Virus record (IMG/VR): IMGVR_UViG_3300042934_000137 | Coordinates: 1-58,190 of that record | Strand: one strand, 5' to 3' | Origin: a virus | Lineage: Duplodnaviria > Caudoviricetes | Length of the DNA: 58,190 bases | Shown: in pieces, positions 27,426-36,648 of the stretch | How positions within the stretch are numbered: position 1 is the first letter of the stretch | How the letters are laid out: every line of letters begins with the position of its first letter | Notes under the pieces: generated by a model | Told to the model about the DNA's origin: nothing | Databases searched by the model: none | Seen by the model: only the letters and a program-made list of their open reading frames with translations | Translations under genes and position numbers: made by a program

Positions 27426-30118
27426 TCCTCCTCACTCAAGCTCTTCTGTAGAATGGACACTGAGACACCCAATTGTTCCGCGATCTCGCCCTGTGTGAAG
27501 CCTTGGTTAGCCATAGAGCGGGCACGAGCCATCATGCCACTACTCATGGTGGTGCTAGACCTAGGTGTAGCCAACTCCTTGATCCGCTCGATGTTGGCGT
27601 GAGTGAGAATCTGGTTCAGCTTGTGATTGCTGATAGCACCAGCTTGAATAGCATCCCACTCGGCATCAGTGATGTCGAAGTCGTCTTTGCCTGCACCTAC
27701 CCTAAGACGAGCCGTCTTCAGAGCTAAGAACTTAATCTTCTTCTCTTCAGACTTCTCCATGTCTGGATACTCAGCACGCTTGGCCTTGTATAGGGCGTTG
27801 GCTATGACCTGGGCTTGTCTTTCGAGGGGGGCGTTTCTGAGGGCGGCGTTCAACTTCTGATTGAGGGAGGCCACTTCCTTAGCATAGGCGGTCCTTGCTG
27901 AGGGAGAGTAGGGGATGTTCTTGATGGCCACCATGTTCTTACGTGCTTCGTTCCCCATACCCTTCAACTGGTTGGAGTGCTCAGCATAGATGGTCTCGAT
28001 GCGCGTCTTGTGTGGAGACACAAGCTTGAAAGCGTCATCGGTTTCAGCCAGGAGCTTCTTACCCCTGTCCATACGAAAGACCGTCTTACCAGAAGTTGGG
28101 TCTACGTATGTAGCGCCCGTCTCCGTGTAGATCTTCTTTCCCGTAACAGGGTCTACCTTGTAGCCCTGCTTTCGTTCGCGAACATCCACCTTTCGACCAG
28201 CCCTCGAGATGAGGGTTGCCGCACCACCAGTCTTCTTTCCCTGATACTTCTCCATGAGTGCAGGGATTCCGTTGTCCTTTGCAGACTGACGGTAATTGAG
28301 CTTGTGCTTTTCTGCGTCGATGACAACCATTGAATGACGGACTGCTCGAGCAAGTTCGTCAGCGTTGGCGCCACCGATGGTCATGTCTGTGATGAGGTTC
28401 GATACGATCCCCATCTGCATACCCTTTTCACGAGGCGTCATCAGCTTCATGCCAGGGTATTCCGGATACCGAGCCTTAGCGTCAAAGTCCTCAAGACCCT
28501 TTAGTGCAGGCGAGCTCTTGACTTTCCCGTGATTGTTCGGGATGACAAGGACTGTGTCCCCATCGAAGTCAGCGCCAGACAGTCGCTCAGCCACCCTGCT
28601 GTTGATGCCGATGGCATCGGTTGCATCCTTGAGGAGCTTCTTTGCTTGAGCATGGCGGTTGTTCACGGTGAGTTCAGGGATCTCGAAAGTTCCACCGTGA
28701 GGGAAGCGAACAAGAACTACGCGTTCACCATTCTTGAACGTGGGCGCGTAGACTTCAGTTTCCTTCAACGTGTTTACGGGAAGGATGACCTTGTTCGCCT
28801 GACGAGGAAGAGCCGCAGCCTTCAGATGTACTGCCGACGAATCGACATCATCAGCATAGGCCTCGAGCAACCGCTTCTTGACAGCGGGATTGTTGAGACT
28901 CATGATCTCGTCGAGTTCACGACGCTTTCGTTCAGCGGTCGCGGTCAGCTGTGTCTTAGCAAGGTTTGGACTCTGCTTAGACAGGAACTGTGACGACAGC
29001 GATCGAGACCACTGCTCCCAACTACCTTCCTCGTTCACCATGTTCATGACCGAGGTGACCTTCTTGCCGTCGGGCGTGGTGATCTGCCGACGAATAACAG
29101 CACCGAATGGGTTGTCTTCGTCGAGCTTCCCATCCTTCGTTGTCTGCATCTTCTTCAGAGCATCGAGTTTGTTACCCGTATTGCTCTTGTTCGTGTTGAA
29201 CATGAGATCAACGCCATCAGGCAGATCATCCTTGTACATCGCCATACCCTTGATGTAGTGCGTACCGTCAACAGCGATACGAACCTGAGCATAGCGAGCC
29301 TTACCCATCGACAGATCATTGACGCCAGGTCGGACATAAACAACACCGTCAGCGTCAGCGCCACCCTCTTCCTTGTAGCGAACCCCAACGCGCTTGGAAT
29401 CAATCGAGATCGGGGGCTTGATCGCCAGGAAGGACTTGCCTCCGTCATTTGAATATCCAGCAACGCTCTGGATCTTGTCGCGATTCTGAAAGACTTCGGC
29501 ATACTCGGTGCCGGGCTTAACCAAGACCTTCATCGTGGTCTCATGCCTCGTGCCCAGCTGCTGTACCTTTACGTAGTACAGCTTGTAGTCCTCTTCCTTA
29601 GTGAGGCGAGAAATAGCAGCTCGGAGTTTGGTGTCGCTGACGTTCATGTAGTGCTCGGTACCAGTACCGACGTCGAGATATCCCTTCTTCTCGACCTGGT
29701 CCTTGAGGAAGTTAGAGGTAGACTCCAGAACATCAACTCGAGCTTTTGCGCTCGGAGCGAGAAGAGCACGAACAGAGGATTCAGGAATCCCCATCTTCTC
29801 ACCAATCTTGACGTTGGACCATCCATGCTCCTTCAACCTCTGGGCCATGGAAATATCCGCGGCCTTCTTGGCGTTGCGAGCGATGGTTACGGCGTTGCGA
29901 AACTCCGTGGTCGTCCAGGGCTTTCCGTTCTCGGTGTAGAGAGACATGCCCTTAGCAATCTCTCCGTCACTCAGACCCTTTGACCGAAGATCGGCGACAG
30001 TGCCGAGAAAGTCTCGACCACGCTGTCCTGGATCCTCGCCGCTTCCCCACGGGTAGCGTCCCGATCGACGCAGGATGCCGTAGTGGGCGAGGTAGTTCTC
30101 CTCAGGGATGATCGCCAC
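27422..30118 (-). CDS. Single-chain two-barrel (YonO/cellular-RdRP-like) RNA polymerase with HTH domains
   Basis: AQVRI, KGMA, RFPH and LSGADFDGD motifs; HTH-like segments at both ends; N-terminal LAH-YGILRRSGRYPWG. Confidence 0.8.
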   Translation of the reverse strand: MAIIPEENYLAHYGILRRSGRYPWGSGEDPGQRGRDFLGTVADLRSKGLSDGEIAKGMSLYTENGKPWTTTEFRNAVTIARNAKKAADISMAQRLKEHGWSNVKIGEKMGIPESSVRALLAPSAKARVDVLESTSNFLKDQVEKKGYLDVGTGTEHYMNVSDTKLRAAISRLTKEEDYKLYYVKVQQLGTRHETTMKVLVKPGTEYAEVFQNRDKIQSVAGYSNDGGKSFLAIKPPISIDSKRVGVRYKEEGGADADGVVYVRPGVNDLSMGKARYAQVRIAVDGTHYIKGMAMYKDDLPDGVDLMFNTNKSNTGNKLDALKKMQTTKDGKLDEDNPFGAVIRRQITTPDGKKVTSVMNMVNEEGSWEQWSRSLSSQFLSKQSPNLAKTQLTATAERKRRELDEIMSLNNPAVKKRLLEAYADDVDSSAVHLKAAALPRQANKVILPVNTLKETEVYAPTFKNGERVVLVRFPHGGTFEIPELTVNNRHAQAKKLLKDATDAIGINSRVAERLSGADFDGDTVLVIPNNHGKVKSSPALKGLEDFDAKARYPEYPGMKLMTPREKGMQMGIVSNLITDMTIGGANADELARAVRHSMVVIDAEKHKLNYRQSAKDNGIPALMEKYQGKKTGGAATLISRAGRKVDVRERKQGYKVDPVTGKKIYTETGATYVDPTSGKTVFRMDRGKKLLAETDDAFKLVSPHKTRIETIYAEHSNQLKGMGNEARKNMVAIKNIPYSPSARTAYAKEVASLNQKLNAALRNAPLERQAQVIANALYKAKRAEYPDMEKSEEKKIKFLALKTARLRVGAGKDDFDITDAEWDAIQAGAISNHKLNQILTHANIERIKELATPRSSTTMSSGMMARARSMANQGFTQGEIAEQLGVSVSILQKSLSEED

Positions 30119-30675
30119 TAGGCCTCCTTAAGAGTGTTGATGAACTTGTCGAGGTACTTGATCTTCTCCATGATGTGGAAGATCTCGTCGGGGTCAGGGT
30201 CGTGCAGCCGAGCCTCGTCGTTCTGATAGATACGAAGATCCATCAGAATATCGAACGGTCGGAAGTTGTACTCCAGACAGAACAAAGCTGCGTAGACCTC
30301 GAGTTGCTTCATGGACGCTTCGGTCACTCCGGTTTTGAGATCGAAGATACGAAGTTTGTTGTTCTTGAATCCGCAGGCATCCGCAGTTCCGAAACAGTTG
30401 TCCGAGTAATGCAAAAGCCATTCGGGACTCATCTTGAACCCGATGCAGTCGTTGACGTACAAGTTCAGGGTCTGGCTGGTGTCCGGGAGTCGCACACCTT
30501 CGGAGATCAAGATCTGAGCGAGGTTATGATGACGCGTCCCTCGAGCAGCGGCCTCCTGGGTGAAGAACACCTTGGCCATCTTGTCGTCATCGTAGTTGAG
30601 CCAATGATAGTTGCTAGGGCTCAGAATCGCATGTTTATTAGCGACGAGCGTGGGGGAATGCCTCTTCAAGTTCAC
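30118..30675 (-). CDS. PD-(D/E)XK (Cas4-like) exonuclease
   Basis: LSPS, A.RGT..H, FGTAD, IFDLKTG and QL.VYA motifs; GTG start. Confidence 0.8.
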   Translation of the reverse strand: MNLKRHSPTLVANKHAILSPSNYHWLNYDDDKMAKVFFTQEAAARGTRHHNLAQILISEGVRLPDTSQTLNLYVNDCIGFKMSPEWLLHYSDNCFGTADACGFKNNKLRIFDLKTGVTEASMKQLEVYAALFCLEYNFRPFDILMDLRIYQNDEARLHDPDPDEIFHIMEKIKYLDKFINTLKEA

Positions 30676-30946
30676 GAAGGATTTCCTCTTCGTTTTCGGG
30701 GTGGACCGTTGCCGAGTAACACATGTCGGCGAACAAACCCAAGTAGTATTCCTGGTTCGGTCGGTATGGTTCCCTGGAAGACTTCTTGAATTCCAGTACC
30801 GCCCAACCGCCTCCAGCGAACAACACCGTTCGGTCGGGAATACCCTGTCGGAGACCGGAGTCATTCTTCGGAAGCACGAAACAGTGGAACAGATCTTCCA
30901 GTAGTCCCACGAACCTCGGCTCGAAGTCTCGCTCCAAGCGTCCCAC
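30638..30946 (-). CDS. VRR-NUC nuclease / resolvase
   Basis: LERDF...GIPD...LEFK...RPNQ motif. Confidence 0.8.
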   Translation of the reverse strand: MGRLERDFEPRFVGLLEDLFHCFVLPKNDSGLRQGIPDRTVLFAGGGWAVLEFKKSSREPYRPNQEYYLGLFADMCYSATVHPENEEEILRELEEAFPHARR

Positions 30947-30987
30947 AGGTCCCTCCTGTCTCTAAAAACTAAAAGGCTTGATTCCAC

Positions 30988-31019
30988 CCCTTCTATTATT
31001 CCCTGCGTTTTCCATACTA
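30988..31019 (-). promoter_or_regulatory. Degenerate copy of the 32-bp promoter upstream of the nuclease-RNAP operon
   Basis: TAGTA-TGGAA-AACGC-AGGG-AATAAT-AGAAGGG; spacing is kept but the boxes are degenerate. Confidence 0.35.
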
Positions 31020-31520
31020 GTTGGTATCTGCGTCCACAATTCGGAATGTTTGGTACGTTGGCCAGACATATGTCCGGTTGAGCGTGCGGATATAAACATC
31101 CCGATCGAGAAGCCCCCAAGTTAGAGAGACATGCCAGGAGTCTTTGTACAGTTCACCGGTCCTCTGATCCTCGAGAGGCTTCAGAAGGTGGGGGGTCGGG
31201 TTCAGAAATTGCTTGAAGTACTCACTGGCAAACCAACGAGGGCGCCACATCAGATTGGAAGCTTGGTTGTTTCGACGATCACCATCCAGGTTGATGGGGG
31301 TATCGAACGAGTCGAGAGGATGGGTGGGGAGGAACGCTTCGGCGACCAGGAGGGAGACAGACCGCTTGTACTGAACTCGGTCTCTGGTCAAACCGACATT
31401 GACGATCCCACGCTGGTTGACGAGGAGAGAGAGGATATAACCCGTCTCATCGTTTCGAACGCGACCTCGGTCGCTGATCGAGTAACCAGGGAACTCGTCA
31501 ATGAAACGCCAGTCTTCCAT
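31017..31520 (-). CDS. NUMOD4-HNH homing endonuclease-like protein (degenerate HNH)
   Basis: W..I..FPGYSISDRGRV; LVAEAF...NLDGDRRNN..SNL.W; catalytic His replaced. Confidence 0.75.
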   Translation of the reverse strand: MEDWRFIDEFPGYSISDRGRVRNDETGYILSLLVNQRGIVNVGLTRDRVQYKRSVSLLVAEAFLPTHPLDSFDTPINLDGDRRNNQASNLMWRPRWFASEYFKQFLNPTPHLLKPLEDQRTGELYKDSWHVSLTWGLLDRDVYIRTLNRTYVWPTYQTFRIVDADTN

Positions 31521-31810
31521 GAGGGGGTTGTGCTCCTTGCTATGGGGTCTTGTGTGGGGGTTGTCAAAAACGAAAATTTTCGTGATTTTTTACTCTGTTG
31601 TGTGCATCCTGGTATCTAGATATCAGTTTTAACATCGCACGTATAAAAATTAAAGGTTTTTTTCGTTTTTGACAGATTGGTGCGACAAAACGGACACCGG
31701 TATCTGTCAAGGCTAACGAACGAGTCCGGGTATGTCCGCTTTTGTAATATTGGATACCATTACGTATTGATACGCCGGACTTACCCTATACCACACCAGT
31801 ACGATGGCTT
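31521..31810. other. AT-rich intergenic region with nested inverted repeats (candidate replication origin)
   Basis: Perfect 15-bp IR at 31562-31576/31660-31674; further IRs at 31669-31677/31702-31710 and 31685-31696/31733-31745. Confidence 0.5.
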
Positions 31811-32293
31811 TCATACTAACTTAAGCCGATATCCCCTACTTTGGAACTCGTAGCCGCTAACACGCTTCCCCTTAGGGATGGTGATGGCAGACGTGTAACC
31901 CAGTCGTCGACCGGCTTCGTTGAGTGATTGGTACTCCTCACCGGTGTCAAGATTGAGGACTCGGACCGGTTCTTTCACCAAACCAAGCCGCTCGAGATGG
32001 TCTCTATGTTCCTCTCGAGTGATGAGCTCAAGATTACGAAGGGTGTTGTTCGAAAGGTCTCCGTCGATATGCCTAACCTCGAACCCCTCGATCCCATCTT
32101 CAAAGAACGAACCAGCAACCAAACGATGTACCTGAACTAAGAAGTAACCGTATTCGTTCCTGAGATTTACCTCACGACGACCTTTTGCCCGTACCAGCTG
32201 AGGCACGAGCAAGCCTCCTTCTTCGGTTACCTCGCCCAGGTTGGAGACCAAGAAGTCAGGGAACCCCTTGGCCTCCACCCAGATTTCATTCAC
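31811..32293 (-). CDS. NUMOD4-HNH endonuclease
   Basis: VSNLGEV; VHRLVA..F...VRHIDGDLSNN...NLE; NUMOD1-like C-terminus. Confidence 0.8.
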   Translation of the reverse strand: MNEIWVEAKGFPDFLVSNLGEVTEEGGLLVPQLVRAKGRREVNLRNEYGYFLVQVHRLVAGSFFEDGIEGFEVRHIDGDLSNNTLRNLELITREEHRDHLERLGLVKEPVRVLNLDTGEEYQSLNEAGRRLGYTSAITIPKGKRVSGYEFQSRGYRLKLV

Positions 32294-32529
32294 GTATCAT
32301 TCCTCTTCGCTCGGAAGTCATTGAAGCAACGAGCACAGCGACATATGTGCGGCATAGCCCTAGGCAACAAGCAGCGATGGTCTACTGGGCTGCGCTGGTC
32401 GTACCCCCTACAGGTTCTTGGCGTCCACTCACGAAAGCAGGGGGTTTCGAATATAGCGTCGTCGAAGGTCAACAACTTCTTCATCTGACCCCCTATCCAT
32501 CTATTCACATCGAACTGCCAGTTCTGCAC
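32290..32529 (-). CDS. Cys/His-rich hypothetical protein
   Basis: 79 aa, H.C...H.C.C..C; coupled to neighbouring genes. Confidence 0.5.
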   Translation of the reverse strand: MQNWQFDVNRWIGGQMKKLLTFDDAIFETPCFREWTPRTCRGYDQRSPVDHRCLLPRAMPHICRCARCFNDFRAKRNDT

Positions 32530-33756
32530 TCACTCGCCTTTCCACTGATTCACGAACCGCTTCTCGCTGAAGTTCTTCTTCTTGCGTAGCGAATCACGCA
32601 CGGCGTTGTCGATGACGGAGTTGCTGGTGAGGTTGTAATAATAGAGGTCTTTGTAGGGCGTGGTGAGTCGATCGATTCGCCCATGAGCCTGCTCCCACTG
32701 CTTGTACGAATATGTTCTAGAGAAGAACACAGTCGCGTTAGTTGTGATGCAGTTCCAACCCTCGGCGCCGGCGGTGTACTGGACTAGATATAGCCACCGG
32801 TCAGTCTCTGGAACGGGGTGATGGTTCTTACCGTTCCACTCAGCAACTGTAATATCGCTAGCCAGTGTCCTCAGCATCTCCAGCTCGTAATTGAAGTTGT
32901 AGAACACAATCAGCCGCGGGTGTTTAGACATCAGAGACTTGACAGCCTGCAACCGTGATGAGTCGGAATTTACAACCCGCCTCATCACAGCGAACATCTC
33001 AGCTACGTCCCGAAGGGGTCTGTCCTTATAAACATGCCATCGCTGTTTATAGACCCGTTCCAGTAGTTGCTCGTCATAGGGGAGTACCACATCCACAGGG
33101 TGCCTAGTGGTGTGTCTCTCATACGGCATCTCAACCAAGATCTGGTTGCGTAGTCGCACGAGACGTCCAACACCCACAAACCGGTCGACCTTAGGGAATC
33201 TGGTATATGAGTTGAACTTGACGTGATTGTCGAGGAACTCAGTCCGATTCTTGAAAAAGCCGTTGGCAATGAAGACGGGAATATAGTCCAGCCAGGTGTC
33301 CCCTGGAGTCGCAGACAACAGAATCCATCTGTTACTCTTTGCGATCTTAAGGAACGTCTTAGCCCACTCCCCGCTACCGACCAGTCTTTGCTCGTCGAAT
33401 ATGAAGAAAGCACCCTTGACGTCGATGTAGCGCCCGATGTTGTTCCAGGAGTCGACGGTGAGACGACCCGAGGTCGTAGCTCCAATCTCCTTCCAGACTC
33501 CATACTTGATGAACTCCTTCTCCCAGTCGAGATCATCACGCTTCTTTGCCGTAGTGATCACGTAGACATCGGCGTCTGCTTCGACCTTCACGTAATATGC
33601 AACAGCCGTAAGGGACTTCCCCGTTCCTACACCACCAACAAGGATCTTGCCGCTGTCTAACTCATTGACGGCGTCGTGCTGGTGGCTTTGCAGCTGGACC
33701 GGAGAAGCACCAACCCTTACCGCATACTCATGAAGATCGGTCTTAGCTCGCGCCAT
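32530..33756 (-). CDS. SF2 (SNF2-like) DNA helicase
   Basis: GVGTGKS, FDEQ, LSATP, EGWN and QAHGRIDR motifs. Confidence 0.9.
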   Translation of the reverse strand: MARAKTDLHEYAVRVGASPVQLQSHQHDAVNELDSGKILVGGVGTGKSLTAVAYYVKVEADADVYVITTAKKRDDLDWEKEFIKYGVWKEIGATTSGRLTVDSWNNIGRYIDVKGAFFIFDEQRLVGSGEWAKTFLKIAKSNRWILLSATPGDTWLDYIPVFIANGFFKNRTEFLDNHVKFNSYTRFPKVDRFVGVGRLVRLRNQILVEMPYERHTTRHPVDVVLPYDEQLLERVYKQRWHVYKDRPLRDVAEMFAVMRRVVNSDSSRLQAVKSLMSKHPRLIVFYNFNYELEMLRTLASDITVAEWNGKNHHPVPETDRWLYLVQYTAGAEGWNCITTNATVFFSRTYSYKQWEQAHGRIDRLTTPYKDLYYYNLTSNSVIDNAVRDSLRKKKNFSEKRFVNQWKGE

Positions 33757-34546
33757 AGTCCTTACCGCAGGTCTGGCAGACCATTCCCTTGGTCACACGA
33801 GAAGGTCCTTGGCAGGTCGGGCACTTGATCTTCTTCTTGAGTCGCTCGATCTCCCCTTCATCAAGACCCAACATCCGCATGTTTTCGACGATGGTCTTGA
33901 CGCTGTTCTCGTACACCGACCGAACAACTTGACGAGCCTCTTGTTTTAGCTCGTACATCTTGAACACGTGCTCACGGATATGAGCTGCGATCTTCTCAAT
34001 CAGGTCAAGACCGTCGATTACCACCCAGGATGAATCAATCTGAGCAATATACCCTTCTTGTACTTTGTAGTGGAAGCCGAGAGGCTTGTCCTCGAATCGG
34101 GTCTCCTTCACTCGCCGAGCTCTTTGCAACCCCCATTCGGGCGTAACATCGAGGAAGAAGGTCACGTCAGGATATAACCCATTAGTCGCCCACTCCGAGA
34201 GCTCTCGAATCTCGTTTCGAGGAAGACCTTCAGCATGGCCCTGATATGCCACACTCGAGGCAATGTAGCGATCACAAATAACCACCTCACCTCGAGCCAG
34301 TGCTGGAGCGACAATACTCTCGACGTGATCGGCTCGATTTGCCGCGAGAAGCAGAGCCTGAGTTTTCGCCGACATGGGTGGACCAAGACGATCGAGAAGA
34401 ATCTCCCGAAGCTCATCCCCTAGCGGCGTACCACCAGGTTCTTTCGTCAGGATGAAGGGGATCTCCTTCTCCTTAAGAGCTTCGGCGAGCTTCAGTGCTT
34501 GAGTGGTCTTACCGGAACCTTCGCCACCTTCAAAGACAATGAACAT
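33743..34546 (-). CDS. tmk: Thymidylate kinase with C-terminal CxxC-CxxC extension
   Basis: [21 protein letters not shown] and CDRY..SS.AYQG motifs. Confidence 0.92.
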   Translation of the reverse strand: MFIVFEGGEGSGKTTQALKLAEALKEKEIPFILTKEPGGTPLGDELREILLDRLGPPMSAKTQALLLAANRADHVESIVAPALARGEVVICDRYIASSVAYQGHAEGLPRNEIRELSEWATNGLYPDVTFFLDVTPEWGLQRARRVKETRFEDKPLGFHYKVQEGYIAQIDSSWVVIDGLDLIEKIAAHIREHVFKMYELKQEARQVVRSVYENSVKTIVENMRMLGLDEGEIERLKKKIKCPTCQGPSRVTKGMVCQTCGKDYGAS

Positions 34547-34558
34547 GAATATAGCCTC

Positions 34559-34684
34559 TCAGTAGCGCTTGACGGGGTTGTCCTTCTGGAGCTGCTTGCG
34601 GTGGTTCTCGCTGCACCATGGGGCATTGCGGAAGCACATCGGCTTCTCGTTGTCGGGCTTACCACAGACTTCACAGTTGTGCAT
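34559..34684 (-). CDS. 41-aa zinc-finger peptide (not in the ORF track)
   Basis: MHNCEVCGKP...PWCSENHRKQ; AAGGA RBS. Confidence 0.65.
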   Translation of the reverse strand: MHNCEVCGKPDNEKPMCFRNAPWCSENHRKQLQKDNPVKRY

Positions 34685-34693
34685 TAGTGTTCC

Positions 34694-35020
34694 TTATCCG
34701 TAGTGCCAGATCCCTCGGTCTTCCGAGCGATAGTGGATCTCTCCGAAGGGAACGTCTTCGGAGACTTCGATTTGGATAGAGCCATCACCAAGGTATGTGG
34801 TGACCTTGACCCCGTACTTCCCACCCAACAAAGCACGAGCACAGACCTCGTCGATGCGCGCTCTAACTTGAGCAACGTACTGGTCCACATAGCTGTTGAA
34901 CTCGACGTGGAATGGCGCCGTTTCCATAGGGGGTAGTTGACTGACCCGCTTGAGGTAGCTCTCGGGCGTCTCTTCGCCGACATACTTCGGCTTCTTGAGG
35001 TTCTCCTCGTTGTCCGTCAC
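34694..35020 (-). CDS. Hypothetical protein
   Basis: GTG start, GGAGGAG RBS, coupled to neighbours. Confidence 0.65.
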   Translation of the reverse strand: MTDNEENLKKPKYVGEETPESYLKRVSQLPPMETAPFHVEFNSYVDQYVAQVRARIDEVCARALLGGKYGVKVTTYLGDGSIQIEVSEDVPFGEIHYRSEDRGIWHYG

Positions 35021-35571
35021 TCCTCCTCCTTCTTGTTCGCCTCGTCGACGATCTCCTGAACCTCGCGAACCTGGTCGAAGAACGTCATCTTCACGTCCAG
35101 ACCTTGAGCATCCTCTTCGACGGTTGCTTTTCCGATCGTCTGATAACGCAGCTGGTCAAACGAACCGGGCTTCTGGCAACGCTCACAGTTACCCGCTGCA
35201 TCTGCTGGATGGTTGTAAACGGTAACGAGCCGGTAACAGTCCATACCTTCGTCGGGGTGACACAACCATTCTTTGGCGGCCGACGCGTAACCCTTCATCG
35301 ACTCGCCGCAGTGTCCGCAGATCTTGAACAGGTTCGGATCGAACTCGAACAGGGCGTCCGGGTTACCGTCGTGCGTACCCCAGCGGTAGTCCACACCGAT
35401 GCTGCCATGGCCGTCCGGACAAGACTTGAAGTACCAGCTGACGTTACTGTCCTGGTCGCCAGAGTTCTTGATCTCAGCCTGAGCCTTAACCAACTTGAGT
35501 TCCTTGGCGCAGACGGGGCAGAACTTGCACAGCTTGTTGAGAATATCGACCAGCCTATCGTACTCGTTCAT
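35017..35571 (-). CDS. Multi-CxxC zinc-binding protein
   Basis: CPVC, CPDGH, CGHC and CERC motifs. Confidence 0.7.
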   Translation of the reverse strand: MNEYDRLVDILNKLCKFCPVCAKELKLVKAQAEIKNSGDQDSNVSWYFKSCPDGHGSIGVDYRWGTHDGNPDALFEFDPNLFKICGHCGESMKGYASAAKEWLCHPDEGMDCYRLVTVYNHPADAAGNCERCQKPGSFDQLRYQTIGKATVEEDAQGLDVKMTFFDQVREVQEIVDEANKKEEE

Positions 35572-35801
35572 GCCGGGTTGTCCTGCTCACAAACCGCGCA
35601 CTCCACAGCCTCCAGTCGGAGCATGACTCCACAGACCGGGCACTTCTTGTAAGGCGGCAGATCACCGGTCACGGTGATGACACAGAGCTTGCGCTTCTTT
35701 ACCGCGCGGTCCCAGGCCTCCTGGATCTCCTCCTTCGGGCGCTCGAGGAACGCGGCAGCCGCGGGAACGACCCAGGCGTGTCCGATAAACATCTGGTACA
35801 T
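35568..35801 (-). CDS. Zinc-ribbon protein
   Basis: CPVC...CAVC; AGGAG RBS. Confidence 0.65.
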   Translation of the reverse strand: MYQMFIGHAWVVPAAAAFLERPKEEIQEAWDRAVKKRKLCVITVTGDLPPYKKCPVCGVMLRLEAVECAVCEQDNPA

Positions 35802-35810
35802 ATATCACTC

Positions 35811-35978
35811 CTAGTTGTTTCGCTCATCAAGGGATGAATGCTCGTACGTCCAAACCACTCGACCGTTATCGACAATGCTCGATAACTTAGGAAGGCAGAC
35901 ACAGTCCTTAGGTTCGTGTCGAATCAAGTCAGTCCGGGGGAGTATGTGCATGTCATTACCGAAAAACTTGATAACCAT
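35811..35978 (-). CDS. Small His/Cys protein
   Basis: MVIKFFG...H....CVC.P...H; AGGAG RBS. Confidence 0.55.
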   Translation of the reverse strand: MVIKFFGNDMHILPRTDLIRHEPKDCVCLPKLSSIVDNGRVVWTYEHSSLDERNN

Positions 35979-36013
35979 CACGGTAGACTCTCCTGAGGGG
36001 CAAAAATGAAAAT

Positions 36014-36277
36014 CTATGCTTCGAGCAGATCCAGAATTTCCTTGCAATGCTCGCATTTGTCGGGACACCAGCGGTGCACGATCATCTCGTAGTTGGTTTT
36101 CTGGTTGCAGTGCTGGACTAGGGGGAGGGTCCGAAGAATATCGTCCTTCGCGATCTTCAGTTCGAGCTTGTGAATGGCGATGAGGTTTCGGATCTTCTTC
36201 GAGACCGCGTAGGCGAACAGTAAGTCACCCACAGCGAAGATGACGAAAACCAGAGCGATCCAGAAAGCCAAAGACAT
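36014..36277 (-). CDS. Membrane protein with Cys-rich tail
   Basis: Start MSLAFWIALVFVIF; AAAGGA RBS. Confidence 0.65.
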   Translation of the reverse strand: MSLAFWIALVFVIFAVGDLLFAYAVSKKIRNLIAIHKLELKIAKDDILRTLPLVQHCNQKTNYEMIVHRWCPDKCEHCKEILDLLEA

Positions 36278-36301
36278 CGAGGGGTCCTTTCGAGATATGG
36301 C

Positions 36302-36337
36302 GAAACCCAAAACCCTTGTGGGGGTCTTGGGCGTGAG
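36302..36337 (-). terminator. Cassette-family hairpin
   Basis: CCCAAGACCC-loop-GGGTTTTGGG-TTTCG. Confidence 0.7.
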
Positions 36338-36338
36338 A

Positions 36339-36563
36339 TCAGTACTCTCGTTCTTTGTGAAGCGTCTCGTATCGGTTTCGCACGTGGAAGTAGTCGTCAC
36401 TGGCAGCATCCCACCCAGCGCTGAACCCGGTCTTCCAACCAAGGTCGTCGGCCTCGCGAGTGGCGATTTCGATGTTCCTGGTGGCAATCCTCTGGGTGAT
36501 CAGGTAGGTGGCAATAATGCCGGTGACGAGCGCAACCACGGCAACAACGACGTAGAGCATCAT
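36339..36563 (-). CDS. Cassette membrane protein, 74 aa
   Basis: MMLYVVVAVVALVTGIIATYLI N-terminal TM helix; own promoter. Confidence 0.75.
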   Translation of the reverse strand: MMLYVVVAVVALVTGIIATYLITQRIATRNIEIATREADDLGWKTGFSAGWDAASDDYFHVRNRYETLHKEREY

Positions 36564-36577
36564 AACGTCCTTTCGTA

Positions 36578-36609
36578 GGGTCTCATTATAAGCCATGTAT
36601 CCTACGCGA
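36578..36609 (-). promoter_or_regulatory. Conserved 32-bp promoter motif
   Basis: TCGCG-TAGGA-TACAT-GGCT-TATAAT-GAGACCC. Confidence 0.8.
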
Positions 36610-36610
36610 G

Positions 36611-36641
36611 GAAAAGCTAGAGCCCGTGTTAGGGGCCCTAG
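36611..36641 (-). terminator. Cassette-family hairpin
   Basis: CTAGGGCCC-CTAACAC-GGGCTCTAG-CTTTTC. Confidence 0.65.
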
Positions 36642-36648
36642 TGGTGAT

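Noticed and set aside
30118-30675. Cas4 as evidence of a CRISPR system
   Set aside because: A stand-alone PD-(D/E)XK exonuclease common in phages, lacking the Fe-S cysteines; no cas1, cas2 or array
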